IMG/VR virus record: IMGVR_UViG_3300027792_000010
Source of the DNA: a virus
Reading direction: 5' to 3' (one strand)
Length of the DNA: 64,000 nt
The notes beneath the pieces are model-generated. The model ran no database searches. It saw nothing but the letters and a program-made list of their open reading frames with translations, and was not told the origin of the DNA. How positions within the stretch are numbered: position 1 is the stretch's first letter; every line of letters starts with the position of its first letter. Shown piece after piece: positions 1-10,714 of this stretch. A program made the position numbers and the translations under genes.

Positions 1-397
1 ATCTGTTTTTTTTCAAGTAAAAAAAGAACCAATATATAAGGAATATTTTTTCCTTATATCTACTATAGAGGATAGTAGATTTTTTGGATCTATTTTTTTT
101 CAAGTAAAAAATAATAGTGATACTATTATTTGTAAAGAAGCTATAATTTGCCAAAAGTAAAGGAAACACCCCCCACCCCGTTTGAGGTCCGTGGAAATTT
201 TCTCCATTTTTGAATTTTCAAAAACCTTTTCCTAATTTAACCCCTTAAATAGAAAAATATGGGACCCACCCCTCAGCTACCGCTATCATCCTTATCCCCT
301 TACCTATCCTTATCCCCTTACCGCTCCCTATCCCCTTACTTATCCTTATACCCTTAGCTATCCTTCTCGCTCCTGCCCCCATCTTCACCCTTAGCTA

Positions 398-434
398 CCC
401 CCTTTAATTTTAAGGTGAACTTTAAAGGTATCCC
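398..434. repeat. 37-bp dispersed repeat, copy 1 (copy 2 at 1456-1492, partial copy 3 at 1889-1913)
   Basis: CCCCCTTTAATTTTAAGGTGAA(C/T)TTTAAAGGTATCCC; copies 1 and 2 differ at one base. Confidence 0.85.
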
Positions 435-574
435 TATATGTTTACTTAGCCCTTAGGATAGGAAAGTTGAAGTAGATAATAGATAAGATAGTCCTCTTTT
501 AATTTTCTATTAATAATATACAAACAAGTGATATTCTATAGACTATTATTAACTTAACTATTGAGTCTTCCCGA

Positions 575-1408
575 ATGAGAACAAATGTATCCTTATTTAT
601 AAGACAGTTATCGAGTCGAATAGCACTTAGCCGAGACGACTTGATAAAAGAGTACCATACACATTCTCCTCAGGTACATAGTATACGAGGTGAGCTTATA
701 GTATCGAACATCATAGATATAGGTGATAACAAGTATAAAGTAATAACTAGCTTAGAGACTAAGAAAATAGAAGATAAGAATATAATTAGGATAGATTTTT
801 CTACAATAGAATTGAATAAAAAGACAAAAAATATACAAGATTCTTATCAATTACATGACTACAATCTAATAGAGACCACAAAAGAGTATATAGGTTACTT
901 TAAAGACATAAAAAATATTGGACCATTTTATGAAGAGTTAATAAAGATAACAAAATTTGATCAGTTAGAGCCTACTTTTACTAAAGTATTAGATCGTTTG
1001 AAAATACTTAAAGATAGGGATTCTAACTATGAATTAGCCTACAAGAAGATAGATCAAGTATGGTCGTGGTTAGGTATTAGGATTAAAGAAATGGATGAAG
1101 ATTCTATGTCTCCTACGTTAAATGTTCCGGGATTATCTACTAGGGTATTTTCCTCAGTTATATTGAGTATTATGGAAGGGTTGAAGAGATTGCTTAAAAT
1201 TAAGTCTAATAATTCTATCGATGGTTTTGAGATAGATTCCAAGAAAGATAACCCAGGTGATAAAAGGCGAGAAAATATATATTCCAGATTATATGATAAG
1301 TTTTTTCCTATGCTATTAAGTTCTGAATTAAAATACACAAAGAAAATGGGACCAGATGGATATCTATATCTATTTGATAGACCTTTAGTATTAAAGGATT
1401 TAAAATAA
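575..1408 (+). CDS. hypothetical protein (277 aa)
   Basis: long ORF, no recognised motif. Confidence 0.7.
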   Translation: MRTNVSLFIRQLSSRIALSRDDLIKEYHTHSPQVHSIRGELIVSNIIDIGDNKYKVITSLETKKIEDKNIIRIDFSTIELNKKTKNIQDSYQLHDYNLIETTKEYIGYFKDIKNIGPFYEELIKITKFDQLEPTFTKVLDRLKILKDRDSNYELAYKKIDQVWSWLGIRIKEMDEDSMSPTLNVPGLSTRVFSSVILSIMEGLKRLLKIKSNNSIDGFEIDSKKDNPGDKRRENIYSRLYDKFFPMLLSSELKYTKKMGPDGYLYLFDRPLVLKDLK

Positions 1409-1515
1409 CTTTTATAGGTTATTTTTTTAGCAGCTTCCTAATGTTAGATACCTGACCCCCTTTAATTTTAAGGTGAATTTTAAAGGTATCCCCTTTATGG
1501 CCTTATAAGGTGATA

Positions 1516-1872
1516 TTACTTATTAGACTTGATATTATCCCAGAAGGCTTTTTCTCCAGCGGGGGAATTAGGAGGGAAGGCTTCTGGGTCATAGGGAGGT
1601 TGGTCTATGGAATCGAAGTCGGGTAGCGGTATGGTTTGACCTTTGAGGTTATGGAAGCAGTCATCGAGGAATTGGATATTACCATCGGTGACGAAGGAGT
1701 GGCATCTACGTTCTGGTTTGGAGTACCATACTAGGATGGAGTCTCTTACCGTTGGATTATTGAAGTCATTATTGAATGACCATATAGATGTATTGAAGTA
1801 GTGTCCGCAATTACATCCTGGGCAGAAGAATACGAATTTAGAGGGTTCATTAGTGGGGATGATTTTAGCCAT
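1516..1872 (-). CDS. DUF6527-like protein
   Basis: FxCPGC..H..W.FN....PT...SIL..RCHSFVTDG.IQFL.DC.H.L.GQT pattern. Confidence 0.7.
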   Translation of the reverse strand: MAKIIPTNEPSKFVFFCPGCNCGHYFNTSIWSFNNDFNNPTVRDSILVWYSKPERRCHSFVTDGNIQFLDDCFHNLKGQTIPLPDFDSIDQPPYDPEAFPPNSPAGEKAFWDNIKSNK

Positions 1873-1968
1873 AGGGTACCCGGTCTATTTTTAGGTGAAT
1901 TTCAAAGGTATCCTTATTAAGCTATAAGGGGATTAATTGTAATCCCCTTATCTACTCTATCACATAAT

Positions 1969-2304
1969 TTAGAAGCGTAAATGGATAGCCATATCAAAGC
2001 CTTTAGATTTGGAGTACGTCCAAGATACTTCTAAGAAGCGTATTACTTTATTTAGTTTAGCTTCAAAGAACTGTTTAGCATCTTCGGTATAGTTTTCCTT
2101 TTCGAGAAAGTCTGGTATATTACCTTCTTCAAGGTTGCAGTTGGGGTCACAGAAAGACAAAGAATAAAAACCTTTATCATCCTTATCTCTTTTAGATTCC
2201 CGAGATGTTGATATGCAGTATTCCCCGGATTCCGAGAAATAGGTTTTTTTGAAGAGTTCGACAGCTTCGACAATTTTTAGGGACTTGATACTTGCCGTTT
2301 TCAT
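1969..2304 (-). CDS. hypothetical protein
   Basis: ORF with AGGAGG RBS. Confidence 0.7.
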   Translation of the reverse strand: MKTASIKSLKIVEAVELFKKTYFSESGEYCISTSRESKRDKDDKGFYSLSFCDPNCNLEEGNIPDFLEKENYTEDAKQFFEAKLNKVIRFLEVSWTYSKSKGFDMAIHLRF

Positions 2305-2415
2305 ATTTTACCTCCTAATAGGGTTACGCCGAAAACCGAAGGGCGCGTGGTTAAAAGAACAGCAGTTATTTAACTGCCTATATAATATACTATAAGCGCT
2401 GTATTATTTAACATT

Positions 2416-2790
2416 TTATTTAGGACCTTCAGGTATATACATCCAGTGGGTAGGAGTTTCTATTTTTTGGTTACTATCAGAGAACCAATTCCCATCTGAG
2501 TAGTAAGCTACATATCCTACATAGGGGTCTTGGTGATAAATGATGACTCTTTTGCAGTGTCCCTCTGGTTTTTTAGAGGATACAGGTATCCATTGTTCAC
2601 TTAGTACTATTTTTTCATTTAAGTTTTGAAAGGCATCATTGACTATATCTTTGGCATCATTGAGGGCATCAGTTCGTCCGTTATGGAATATTCGTAGGAA
2701 GTCTGAGTTTTGTTCGGCTCGTTGTTGAGATTTATTGGAGGCATTTATGAGGTCATTAATTATTTTCATGTTGAGGTTTGTTAGAGTCAT
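2416..2790 (-). CDS. DUF551-domain phage protein
   Basis: WIPVSSKKPE...THWMYIPE.P C-terminal motif. Confidence 0.65.
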   Translation of the reverse strand: MTLTNLNMKIINDLINASNKSQQRAEQNSDFLRIFHNGRTDALNDAKDIVNDAFQNLNEKIVLSEQWIPVSSKKPEGHCKRVIIYHQDPYVGYVAYYSDGNWFSDSNQKIETPTHWMYIPEGPK

Positions 2791-2962
2791 CTATATCTCC
2801 TTTGAGGGTATCTGGGTCTATAAGCCAACCTTTAGTAACAGAGAAGGTACCATCATAGCAAGCGCATTCTATGGAGCAGTAGAGGTATTCTTCTTCACCT
2901 GGTTTGATTTCCCATGTTCTATTACAGTTTTTGTATCGGCATTTTTGTATAGAGTTTTCCAT
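2756..2962 (-). CDS. small Cys-rich (putative Zn-binding) protein
   Basis: CxxxxC and YCSxECA motifs. Confidence 0.5.
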   Translation of the reverse strand: MENSIQKCRYKNCNRTWEIKPGEEEYLYCSIECACYDGTFSVTKGWLIDPDTLKGDIDDSNKPQHENN

Positions 2963-3087
2963 ATTAGTCTTTCCAGCTTTTAGTCATCTATCTGGGATTA
3001 TTAGCACCACAGCAACAAATGAATATTACTAAGCCTATAAAGACTCCAACAGCTATTTGGGCAACAAGTTCCATGTTTTTTCCTTTT

Positions 3088-3774
3088 TTAGATTTTCTTT
3101 ACATTAGTTTGTATGACTCGTATTTTCTGCCAAATTTTTTGAGATATTCCTGTAGTAAGTCCCTCCAGGTCATTAGAGGCATTCAGGGCTTCATGGTCAT
3201 TGAAGTCTTGGGCATAGAGGAATCCTATTTTACTTATGATGGACAGCATATCAGAGCAGCTATCTAGATATCTGACTAATAGGTATTCATCATATGAGAC
3301 TTTAGTATCTATATCACTTATAGTAAGTGGATCTTTGGATATTTGGTGAGCATCTATGATATGAGCTATGCATCTAAGTTGGTTGATAGCTTTGATGATT
3401 CTTTTTCTTTTTTGTTTTACTTCGTATGATGTTAGAGCTAAGATAGTAGCTCCTATAAGTATGATGGTATTGAATCCAGCATCTATCATTTGAAAGAAAT
3501 CAGCTACATTAATATCCTTTGTTTGTATATTTAGGGATCTAAATGTTTGTATGATTGGTATAATCAGGAATAGTATAACCATATAGGAGGATATTCTTAT
3601 ATAATAATTAGGTTTCTTTATCCATGATACGATGATCTCAGATTCTCCTGCTACATCGCATAGTGATGAACATGTTTTAACCAGACCAGCATTAGGGAAC
3701 AATTTAAAAAGTCGGTCCCTAATGCTATTGAGGGTTTTATGCAGTTCTGTGTCTATAAGTCTTATATCATGCAC
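3088..3774 (-). CDS. membrane protein of unknown function
   Basis: two hydrophobic segments; AHIIDAHQISKDP resembles a conserved bacterial hypothetical family (from memory). Confidence 0.6.
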   Translation of the reverse strand: MHDIRLIDTELHKTLNSIRDRLFKLFPNAGLVKTCSSLCDVAGESEIIVSWIKKPNYYIRISSYMVILFLIIPIIQTFRSLNIQTKDINVADFFQMIDAGFNTIILIGATILALTSYEVKQKRKRIIKAINQLRCIAHIIDAHQISKDPLTISDIDTKVSYDEYLLVRYLDSCSDMLSIISKIGFLYAQDFNDHEALNASNDLEGLTTGISQKIWQKIRVIQTNVKKI

Positions 3775-4870
3775 AGGCTATAGGTTCCATGGAACGAGTG
3801 AATAGTTGTAATCCTTGTAGAGTATCTATGTGATAGGACTCGACTGTATTTTGAGAAGAAGCCCACTCTTTAGGATGCGGGCAGCCGCAGTGCCCAGCTA
3901 CTCTGACATATTTATTACCTTCGGGGTCATTATACATATTGATAGCTATATCTAAGGGTACGGGTCCTTCTACCATCCAGTATCTCCAGGCTCTCCTGAA
4001 CTTGAATTTCCCAAGGGTTCCGGCAAATTTGGTAGGGACTTCTCTATTTGGTTCTTGTAGTATTTTAGTTATGTTTGCCATTCTCAGTTCGGCTTCTACA
4101 TAGAGGTCAGCTTCCTCATTGCCAGCCAAATTGGGAAGATCGGTATAGGATAGTTCAGGATTCTTCATATGTTCAACGAGACGAGTGCTAATGACTTGTC
4201 TCATACATTCGGGATGGAAGTATTTCCACTCATTGATGTAGACTTCATCACCTTCTTCTATGATATGGTTTATAGTGATACCTTCATTTTTTCCTACCCA
4301 TCCTCGCTCATTTATTTTGAGGTATGTATATTCAGGATGAGGGGTAAGGTCTATATATTTATCATTACGGACGAGCATCCTATCATCGAATCTTACCATC
4401 CAGGCTTTATCTTTGATAGTTTTTGTCCAACTTATTACATCTTTGAAAGTTTTCCCGATAAAGTCTTTTAGTGGGTAGACTATCGAATCATTCTCTACTC
4501 GGATATTATAACAGGTATTTAGTGTCCATGGTTTCCCACAGTGGCTGCAGACGTTATTAGCTGGTGGTAGGTTGTTTTTGAAGTCCCATAAGATACGTTG
4601 TTTATCTTTTGGTAGGCATCTTATTATCGTCTCGAACTCACCCTTAGTAATTACCTTAGGTAAGGTAGGTACGATGTTTAGGGGTCTGCATTCTGGGGAT
4701 GCTTTTAGGCAATTTCCGCAGGTGTCGAGGTAGTAGCTTCCTAGCACCACGAATTCGTCCAAGCGCTTCTTATCTTCATACCCAGCTTTATGACGATCTT
4801 TGATCATCTCCATGAAGGATTCATAGCATAACAAGGAATTAGAGATGGACTGACAGGTGTTCATAGGCAC
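3767..4870 (-). CDS. hypothetical protein (367 aa)
   Basis: long ORF overlapping the next gene; CxxC motifs. Confidence 0.7.
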   Translation of the reverse strand: MPMNTCQSISNSLLCYESFMEMIKDRHKAGYEDKKRLDEFVVLGSYYLDTCGNCLKASPECRPLNIVPTLPKVITKGEFETIIRCLPKDKQRILWDFKNNLPPANNVCSHCGKPWTLNTCYNIRVENDSIVYPLKDFIGKTFKDVISWTKTIKDKAWMVRFDDRMLVRNDKYIDLTPHPEYTYLKINERGWVGKNEGITINHIIEEGDEVYINEWKYFHPECMRQVISTRLVEHMKNPELSYTDLPNLAGNEEADLYVEAELRMANITKILQEPNREVPTKFAGTLGKFKFRRAWRYWMVEGPVPLDIAINMYNDPEGNKYVRVAGHCGCPHPKEWASSQNTVESYHIDTLQGLQLFTRSMEPIACA

Positions 4871-4944
4871 TCCTTTTACTTTTTATCTACGTTTATTAGG
4901 CAGCAACAGCATGCATATTATTAAAATAATAGCAGCAATGACTA

Positions 4945-5292
4945 TTATCTGGTCCACAAAATTACTCCTTGCTTTATTAAAGCCACCCAACCCATTATCG
5001 CTATACCGCATAGGAAACCAGTATAGAAGCGTCTTGGGTTAGTGCTCATTAGTTTTAGCCTATACTGTCTGTATACATCTATAAGCATTGGTATGCATAG
5101 TATTGATAGAGGCAGCATTATCGATATCTTTGGACTTAAAGATAAATAGATTATATCTACCAATATGACTCCTACTAGGGCTCCCGTGCATCTCCAGCAT
5201 AAAGGAAAAACGTGTCCACATATATGCGGAGCACGTTCTGGTCGTTTGTTGCAAAGGGGGTATATCATTCTTTTCCTGATCCTTCTTTCCAT
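4945..5292 (-). CDS. DUF2085-like membrane protein
   Basis: CNKRPER....G..FPLCWRCTG, PMLID, RRFYTGFL.G. Confidence 0.65.
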   Translation of the reverse strand: MERRIRKRMIYPLCNKRPERAPHICGHVFPLCWRCTGALVGVILVDIIYLSLSPKISIMLPLSILCIPMLIDVYRQYRLKLMSTNPRRFYTGFLCGIAIMGWVALIKQGVILWTR

Positions 5293-5582
5293 AGCTCTGA
5301 TTTAAGTACTTTTCTACCGCATCGTTTGCACACATGTCCTATATAGGTACTTTCTACGTCTCTATATTTTTGAAGTGTAGTTTCCAGCTCTTTCTCCCTA
5401 CCTCTTACATTGGAATGGGGGTATTTAGTGGCAGACTCTTTTGTATCGCAGGCGGCCTCGTAGTTATGTCCAAATATCTTACCCATGATACCGTTACAAT
5501 CCGTGGGTCCGGTTGGAACATTTGAGGCTACCCATCCTAAGAAGCAGAATACTGTTAGAAGTATTATAACAAGGGCTACCAT
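5265..5582 (-). CDS. hypothetical protein with N-terminal TM helix
   Basis: hydrophobic N-terminus; C..FGH and C.RCG motifs. Confidence 0.55.
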   Translation of the reverse strand: MVALVIILLTVFCFLGWVASNVPTGPTDCNGIMGKIFGHNYEAACDTKESATKYPHSNVRGREKELETTLQKYRDVESTYIGHVCKRCGRKVLKSELWKEGSGKE

Positions 5583-5585
5583 AAG

Positions 5586-6167
5586 TTATCCTTTACGCTT
5601 TAGTGTTAAACGTAGGGACACTATTGTAATGATGATTGCCCCTACTAACCATAGATACATCCATATAGTAGGAGTTAGTCCCATTATATTTGAGAATGCT
5701 TTCAAATCAGAAGATGGTCCGACATTATAATCTTTTATGACATAGAGTACTGAATATGCCCCTGAGCCTATCATGAATACTCTTCCTGACCAAGCTATTT
5801 TCAGAAAGCATATAGCGAGGATAAGCCCTGTAATAAAGGTTATGACGAAGGAGGACAGCGTACTGAACCAAACTACAGAGACTACCACCATGATAACAGA
5901 TAGGGCAAGAGCTGCGGATTTTGAGAAGTCTTTGTGCTTGATACCGAAGTATAGCATAAGGTTTCCAAAGATGATACTTCCCAGATAACCTCCCGCGATT
6001 ATGATCAGGGGGTTCCCACCAGAGGTTATACATAGGCCGCTACCATTAGGATTGACCTGTAGGGATAGGACGTGGCCCCCGGTAATTAAGGAGGCGGAGG
6101 CATGACCTAACTCATGCAGGAAGGTGACTAATAAAGAGAGGATGGGTATATTTATCATATTAGTCAT
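5586..6167 (-). CDS. M50B-family membrane metallopeptidase
   Basis: TFLHELGHA, AGGYLGS, SDL motifs, several TM helices. Confidence 0.8.
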   Translation of the reverse strand: MTNMINIPILSLLVTFLHELGHASASLITGGHVLSLQVNPNGSGLCITSGGNPLIIIAGGYLGSIIFGNLMLYFGIKHKDFSKSAALALSVIMVVVSVVWFSTLSSFVITFITGLILAICFLKIAWSGRVFMIGSGAYSVLYVIKDYNVGPSSDLKAFSNIMGLTPTIWMYLWLVGAIIITIVSLRLTLKRKG

Positions 6168-6633
6168 GTGCTATAGATAAGAAATAGTATCCCATAGATC
6201 CTACATAATCAGGGGTCATTTCATAGGCATCTATAACGATTAGATAGGTACCTGATACGGTAGGTGTAAAAGCTATCTTAGCAACTGATTCTACAGCCTG
6301 GTCGCTAGCTACAAGTACTTGTTCTCCGTCATTAGTGATAAAAAAGACTTTGATATCGAGGTCTTTTATTCTGGAAGGAATTCCTACGGCTATTATAGCG
6401 TAATTAAATCCTACTGAGAATTTTTTTAAAGTTTGTTTGGGGTTCCCTTTTCCTACAAGGTCTATATCGATTTTCACTATCTCAAGATTATTTTCTTCAG
6501 CAGTTGATACAAAAACAGAGCCTAGTGCCATTATTTGACGAAACATAGCATAGGAATCCTTATACTGGGATTCGCTATATGTTTGTGTACAAAAAGCACA
6601 TAAGATTAGGATTGTGATTAGATGTTTAAGCAT
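6160..6633 (-). CDS. putative exported protein
   Basis: signal-peptide-like N-terminus; DLDIKV..SGTYLIVI beta-sandwich-like motifs. Confidence 0.55.
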   Translation of the reverse strand: MLKHLITILILCAFCTQTYSESQYKDSYAMFRQIMALGSVFVSTAEENNLEIVKIDIDLVGKGNPKQTLKKFSVGFNYAIIAVGIPSRIKDLDIKVFFITNDGEQVLVASDQAVESVAKIAFTPTVSGTYLIVIDAYEMTPDYVGSMGYYFLSIAHD

Positions 6634-6642
6634 GACTTCTCC

Positions 6643-7356
6643 TTAGTTATTATTAGGTGGCTCAGGTAGATACATCCAGTGTGTAATATTTTCTACATCT
6701 TCTCTACCATACATGACTACAAATACTCCATCTATGTAGGTACCTCTCATTCTATTCTTTCCATCCCACAATAGTAGTTCAAAACCTTCCGTTGGTTTTC
6801 TGCTCTGGACTTTATACCAGAAGTATTCTCTAAAAGGGCCTACATCCTCGAATGGTTTGGGGGTATCGGGACGGTTATCCATGATAGTTTTTATTTCATT
6901 GAAAGATACAGGGCAATAGTTGAATTCGTCCACCCCTACATCCAGGCTTTTTCCCCAGGGGGGAAGAGCAGCATGTGTGTGCCCATAGAGCATATAGGAG
7001 CCGTAGTGGGATGCATCCCAGGTACGCATAGAGTAATGGCAGAGTACTATAAATTGACCTTCTACTCTGATTTTATCAATAAATTTAATAGATTTAAAGA
7101 GGTCTTTCCTATTTATTGCTTCGTGGTCGTGGTTTCCGGCGATAAGATGGATTTCACCATTTAGTCTTTTGGTATATCTGGAAGGATTATGCCAGCAAAA
7201 GTCTCCAAGTACATAAATGGTATCTGTAGGTTTGACTCTACCATTCCAGTTAGCTATAAGTGTTTCGTCCATTTCTTCTACAGTAGAGAAGGGACGATTA
7301 CAATACTTCATTATGTTAGTGTGGCCAAAATGATTATCTGCGGTAAAGTAGACCAT
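6643..7356 (-). CDS. calcineurin-like metallophosphoesterase with C-terminal DUF551-like tail
   Basis: D.HFGH, LGDF, GNHD, HY, GH.H motifs; THWMYLPEPP tail. Confidence 0.85.
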   Translation of the reverse strand: MVYFTADNHFGHTNIMKYCNRPFSTVEEMDETLIANWNGRVKPTDTIYVLGDFCWHNPSRYTKRLNGEIHLIAGNHDHEAINRKDLFKSIKFIDKIRVEGQFIVLCHYSMRTWDASHYGSYMLYGHTHAALPPWGKSLDVGVDEFNYCPVSFNEIKTIMDNRPDTPKPFEDVGPFREYFWYKVQSRKPTEGFELLLWDGKNRMRGTYIDGVFVVMYGREDVENITHWMYLPEPPNNN

Positions 7357-7357
7357 A

Positions 7358-7747
7358 CTATAGGCTCTTTTCTATTTTCGGTAAGTTTTCGGTAGTAGAA
7401 GTTTTATATGCTGGATAGGCATCTACTACATAGTTTCGTTTTTGCTTAATATCCTCAGGTAAGTCATTATGTATTTGGTGTCTAGTAACCTGCTGTATAT
7501 CGCAAGCTATTCTATAGTCTTCTGATATTTCTGAGCTACTTATCCCCCATGATGCCCCCATCTCAAAACCTGTGAGTTCTTTCTTCAGGTCATCACACAG
7601 GCTTTTTACTTTTTTAGGATTATCCATTTTAGATAGATAGCATAGTTCTATAGCGGTATTTATCTGTCCCAAGCCCATTCGCACCAATACTTCAAGGGCA
7701 TGGTCAACAACTCTGAGTTGTTCTTTAGATAGTGTGATAGTATACAT
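7358..7747 (-). CDS. hypothetical protein
   Basis: ORF downstream of AAAAAGTATATT promoter motif. Confidence 0.65.
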   Translation of the reverse strand: MYTITLSKEQLRVVDHALEVLVRMGLGQINTAIELCYLSKMDNPKKVKSLCDDLKKELTGFEMGASWGISSSEISEDYRIACDIQQVTRHQIHNDLPEDIKQKRNYVVDAYPAYKTSTTENLPKIEKSL

Positions 7748-7844
7748 TAAAAACCTCTTTATATTTTTTTAAAGTACTCTCAACCTTCTATAATATACTT
7801 TTTGGCAAAAAATATTTAAAATCTTTCTCGATAAAAAGCAAATA

Positions 7845-7858
7845 ATAATCTTCTAATA
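7845..7858 (+). promoter_or_regulatory. putative late-promoter motif ATAATCTTYTAATA (also 19364-19377 + and 56163-56176 -)
   Basis: three near-identical 14-mers, each just upstream of a gene start on the same strand. Confidence 0.55.
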
Positions 7859-7929
7859 AACTCAGATATATAACTTGCCTCTTGGGACTAAGGGTATTTT
7901 ATTGTTATTTCTGCCTATGCGGAGCAAAT

Positions 7930-10713
7930 ATGATAAGTAATGTAACTTCAGCATTAATGTACAGGGTAGCCTCTCAATATTTGAAAGGGGCTGATAAGAT
8001 AGCATCAGAAGTTGTTTCCATGTATTTACAGGATTACAATCTTCTCCAGAATCTATTAGGAGAAGAGGGTATGATAAAACTTGCTGAGATGGAGCATGAG
8101 AGTTTCAGGATGCCCCAGGATAAGCAGCAATTTTTTAAAGCTCCAGAAAATTTGAAGAAGGGTTTTGCTGATTTAATAGTAATGACATTGGAAAAAGCAG
8201 GTATCCACGGTCATCATTTTACTCATGTTTCCGATAAAGAAGAGAATGAGTCAGATGAAGCCTTTGAAGATAGAAAGCGACTTAAAGCTAAAGTAGTAGA
8301 ATCTCTTAATAATTTTTATGAGATAGTATCTAATGATTTGAGTAAGAGACTTCCTAAAGTATTGGCTAAAAAATTCAATGATACTTTTGCTAATAAAAGA
8401 TATGAGTTATTTCAAAGCCCTAGTGAGGCTAAATCTCCAAAATCTAATCCACTATTAAGTGTAGACCTTCAAAGAAATGTTATTGGTAAAAGTGGTAAAT
8501 TAGCTCCAGTAGATGTAAGAGATGCTGTAGAAATTTTTCAAAGTCGGATTGAATTAAATCCTAGATTGAGCTATCTTTCGGACAAATTTAGCGGAAAGCC
8601 CCAGCAATCTGAAAATAATAATATGTATACTTTTCCTAGTGGGCTTTCGATTAGGACTAGGGAACTTCCTACGGTTACAGATTCTGACATATTCATAAAG
8701 GCTTCTGGTAGCAGGGAGGGTAATGAACAATTCCATGATGCTATGACGGCTCTTGTTGGAGATATGATTACGCATTATATAAAAGAGGATAATACGGGGC
8801 TCAAGAATATGATTCTTGATACTGTTTTGGGTGAAGTAAAAGAGACAAAAAGACCTACTAAAGGTAAGGGAGACACTAAGACTTTAAGTGAGCGTGAAGA
8901 GAGAAAATTGGAGCTTGGTGATGTTAAGTTTATACCAAGGATAGATCCTAAACGTAGAGAAGAGATACTTGAAAATTTAAGAAAAGAGCAGGGCATAACT
9001 AATTTAAAAGAATATGTTGCGGGTAGTGAAGACTATGAGGTAGGTATGGTAGATACCGAATTAGTGTCATTTATGAATAGAATGGTAATATCTTTTGATT
9101 GGAAAATGCATCATATAGAGCCAGGACAAAAAGGCGGGGCTGAGGATAAATATAAATCGGCACGTTTAGAATTTACAATTGAAGAGTCTGGGGATGAGTT
9201 CCCGGGTGTTAGACCAGATAGGATATTTAATGTAAATCTCCCATCTTATGTCTCCGGTATAGAGGGTGGAAAGAAATATACCTTTGAAGTAAATAAGTCT
9301 GATAGTAGGAAGGTATGTTCACTTAAGTTTAGAGAATTTTCTCAGGAGGAAGCTGAGTCTGAATTTGAGACCATAGCTGATAAAGGTCTTAATCCAGATG
9401 AGTTAAAGAAGTTAGCTCAGAAGATGGCTGTAAAATATGCGGATGTTATCAAAGCTGTTCCATTAGAAGAGCTTATTGAGAAACTTTCAGGTACTATTTT
9501 TGTTGGTAATAAGCAAGTATATGAGATAGGTGACTTATCAAGTGCTATGAGTGAAAAAGAATCCATAATACCTAGAGGACGAGAAGAAGCAGTAGAAGAG
9601 GCTAAACGTAGAGAAGAAGAGGAAGAAGAGGGAGAGGAGCAAGTAAAAGAATTTGCGGGTGGGATGCCAGAGCTAACTCAGTTCCTTTTAAACCAAGGGG
9701 TCAGAAAGCCTATTATTGTGAAGAAAATTTCGGATAAATTTCCTATCGTGCCTAAATTGAAAGGACAGGCGATTACACCTCTTCTAAGAACCAGAAAAAT
9801 GGTACACTGGGCTTTAGATTTGATCTCTCAAAGCAAAACTCCTCCTTCCACTAAAGGTACTGATCCTTGGATGAGTATTGCTGTAAATGATTTGGTAACC
9901 GGGAAAGCTTTCAAAAATAATAAGGATGCAGAGGACCTACTTATCAACATCATTAAAATGTTTGGGTGGGAAAAGGCTGCTAAAAAAGAGTTGGAGGAGA
10001 GGGTAGGCTACGATCCCCGTTTTGACAGGTCCGCCTTTATGAAACAAAAAAGTCTGGAGATATTAGAGAGAGCTAAACAGGTCGTAAGAAAGAATGAGAA
10101 TGAAATTCATATTTTCTACACAACTAAATTCAAAGATGAGATTAGGAGCGTAATACTTAGCATGCTCACAAAAGACAAAGATAAGAATTTGATGGAGATT
10201 CTTGATAATTCAGGATATAGGAAAATAGTTGAAGAAGTTATCCATGGTGAACCTATCTCGGATAAGCCAGCAGAGATTGATTCTAAGAAGCCTATAGCTC
10301 CCTCCCCAAAAGCTCCTGCACCTGTAAGTGAGGATGCTATCATAGATGCTATTCTTAGACGAGATTTTGAAAAACTAAGAAGCATGGGATTAAAAGTTAC
10401 AGATAAGACTGAAGCTTTGATTAAGACTATGAAAACTATGGGCAAAGACGGAAATCCTTTACCAAAAGAGCAATGGACATCAGCACTTACTAAGTTTGTT
10501 GAGAGAGCTTTGGTACAAGCTAAGAAGCGTACTGAAAAAGGTGAGATTGGTAAAAAGTTAAAGCAGTTAAAAGAAAAGCTAGAAAAGAAAGCATTTGATC
10601 ACGGAAGAGTGATATATGCATCATTAATGGATGGTATACCAGTAGAATCTTTCTCAAGAGATCATTATTCAAATATAATACATCTTATTCGTAAGACAAG
10701 AAAAGGAATCTAA
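7930..10713 (+). CDS. large Lys/Glu-rich protein, putative virion-internal protein
   Basis: ATG 7930 with GGAG RBS (ORF track starts 7882); charged helical composition. Confidence 0.75.
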   Translation: MISNVTSALMYRVASQYLKGADKIASEVVSMYLQDYNLLQNLLGEEGMIKLAEMEHESFRMPQDKQQFFKAPENLKKGFADLIVMTLEKAGIHGHHFTHVSDKEENESDEAFEDRKRLKAKVVESLNNFYEIVSNDLSKRLPKVLAKKFNDTFANKRYELFQSPSEAKSPKSNPLLSVDLQRNVIGKSGKLAPVDVRDAVEIFQSRIELNPRLSYLSDKFSGKPQQSENNNMYTFPSGLSIRTRELPTVTDSDIFIKASGSREGNEQFHDAMTALVGDMITHYIKEDNTGLKNMILDTVLGEVKETKRPTKGKGDTKTLSEREERKLELGDVKFIPRIDPKRREEILENLRKEQGITNLKEYVAGSEDYEVGMVDTELVSFMNRMVISFDWKMHHIEPGQKGGAEDKYKSARLEFTIEESGDEFPGVRPDRIFNVNLPSYVSGIEGGKKYTFEVNKSDSRKVCSLKFREFSQEEAESEFETIADKGLNPDELKKLAQKMAVKYADVIKAVPLEELIEKLSGTIFVGNKQVYEIGDLSSAMSEKESIIPRGREEAVEEAKRREEEEEEGEEQVKEFAGGMPELTQFLLNQGVRKPIIVKKISDKFPIVPKLKGQAITPLLRTRKMVHWALDLISQSKTPPSTKGTDPWMSIAVNDLVTGKAFKNNKDAEDLLINIIKMFGWEKAAKKELEERVGYDPRFDRSAFMKQKSLEILERAKQVVRKNENEIHIFYTTKFKDEIRSVILSMLTKDKDKNLMEILDNSGYRKIVEEVIHGEPISDKPAEIDSKKPIAPSPKAPAPVSEDAIIDAILRRDFEKLRSMGLKVTDKTEALIKTMKTMGKDGNPLPKEQWTSALTKFVERALVQAKKRTEKGEIGKKLKQLKEKLEKKAFDHGRVIYASLMDGIPVESFSRDHYSNIIHLIRKTRKGI

Positions 10714-10714
10714 T

